Below are positions 63,382-64,000 of a stretch of 64,000 nt of DNA, piece by piece (within the stretch, counting starts at the first letter, position 1; each line of letters begins with the position of its first letter). The DNA lies in the NCBI RefSeq assembly GCF_006345805.1, contig NC_043010.1, positions 29,078,001 to 29,142,000 on the forward strand, read 5' to 3'. The notes under the pieces are model-generated. The model saw only the letters and a list, made by a program, of their open reading frames with translations. It did no database searches and was not told the origin of the DNA. A program made the position numbers and the translations under genes. The DNA is from Octopus sinensis (taxonomy: Eukaryota).

Positions 63382-63484
63382 ATTTTGTTGAATTTTCTGC
63401 TGCTTTAAATAAAGCATATTACTCTACCACTGGTATTTGAGTACTCTTTTTTTCCACCTTGTTTCACATTTATGTGTTTACTCC

Positions 63485-63539
<55 letters not shown>

Positions 63540-64000
63540 GTATGTATATATAGATTTCTCTCCCCGTTTTTTCGTTCTCTCTCCATTTTTTCCCTCTCGT
63601 CCCTTCCTGTCGAAGAGCATTGGCTCGAAACATCAAAGACTTTTCCAGTCTTCCCAAGCGTCAAACTAATACACCTACTTGTTGTTCCCTCGTCCGTCTT
63701 CGTCTTTTGTTTTCTGCAAATTTGAACTATATATATTCGATGTGTGTGTGTGGTGTTCGGGTTAAATTTGACAGTTTGCATAAAAGGAAAAGAAAACATC
63801 TTATTCAAAAGTAAAAGTATTTTAATTTATCAAAAAATACCAACTAGATTATGGCTGGGAGATAACAGCTTTCCCCATGCCTCAACACGGCTCCAGAACT
63901 TGGTACATCCATTCTTCATTGTGTTCCTGGGAAAATCTTCGAACATCTCTTTGATCTTGGCCACCTGTTCCAACATGTATTAATGTTTTTTTATATTTTT

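Overview
AT-rich, microsatellite-dense eukaryotic DNA. The tRNA-derived SINE families and overall repeat content suggest an octopus/cephalopod genome (inference). Most of the window is transposon debris: mariner DD34D, maT DD37D, hAT-Buster, Helitrons, Penelope-like elements (PLEs) of at least two types, R4/Dong-, RTE-, L1/Tx1- and CR1-like LINE fragments, and SINEs. One host gene is supported on the + strand, a predicted type-I membrane protein. It has four Cys-rich PAN/Apple-like modules on symmetric phase 1-1 exons (17033-17281, 17689-17919, 21693-21941, 22338-22577), which arose by internal tandem duplication of an exon pair. Its terminal exon (33435-33928) encodes a Thr/Ser stalk, CxCxC, a basic helix, an SAPDERRSA motif and a transmembrane segment. 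The 5' end is uncertain; with candidate exons 590-640 and 15575-15605 the model is an intact 514-aa ORF. Other notable items: several hammerhead-ribozyme-like motifs (one sense-strand in the putative 3' UTR, one in the last intron), long near-perfect palindromes, a three-level nested transposon with intact target-site duplications (TSDs), and a PLE RT-GIY-YIG frame interrupted only by one in-frame TGA. All alignments and counts were done by eye.
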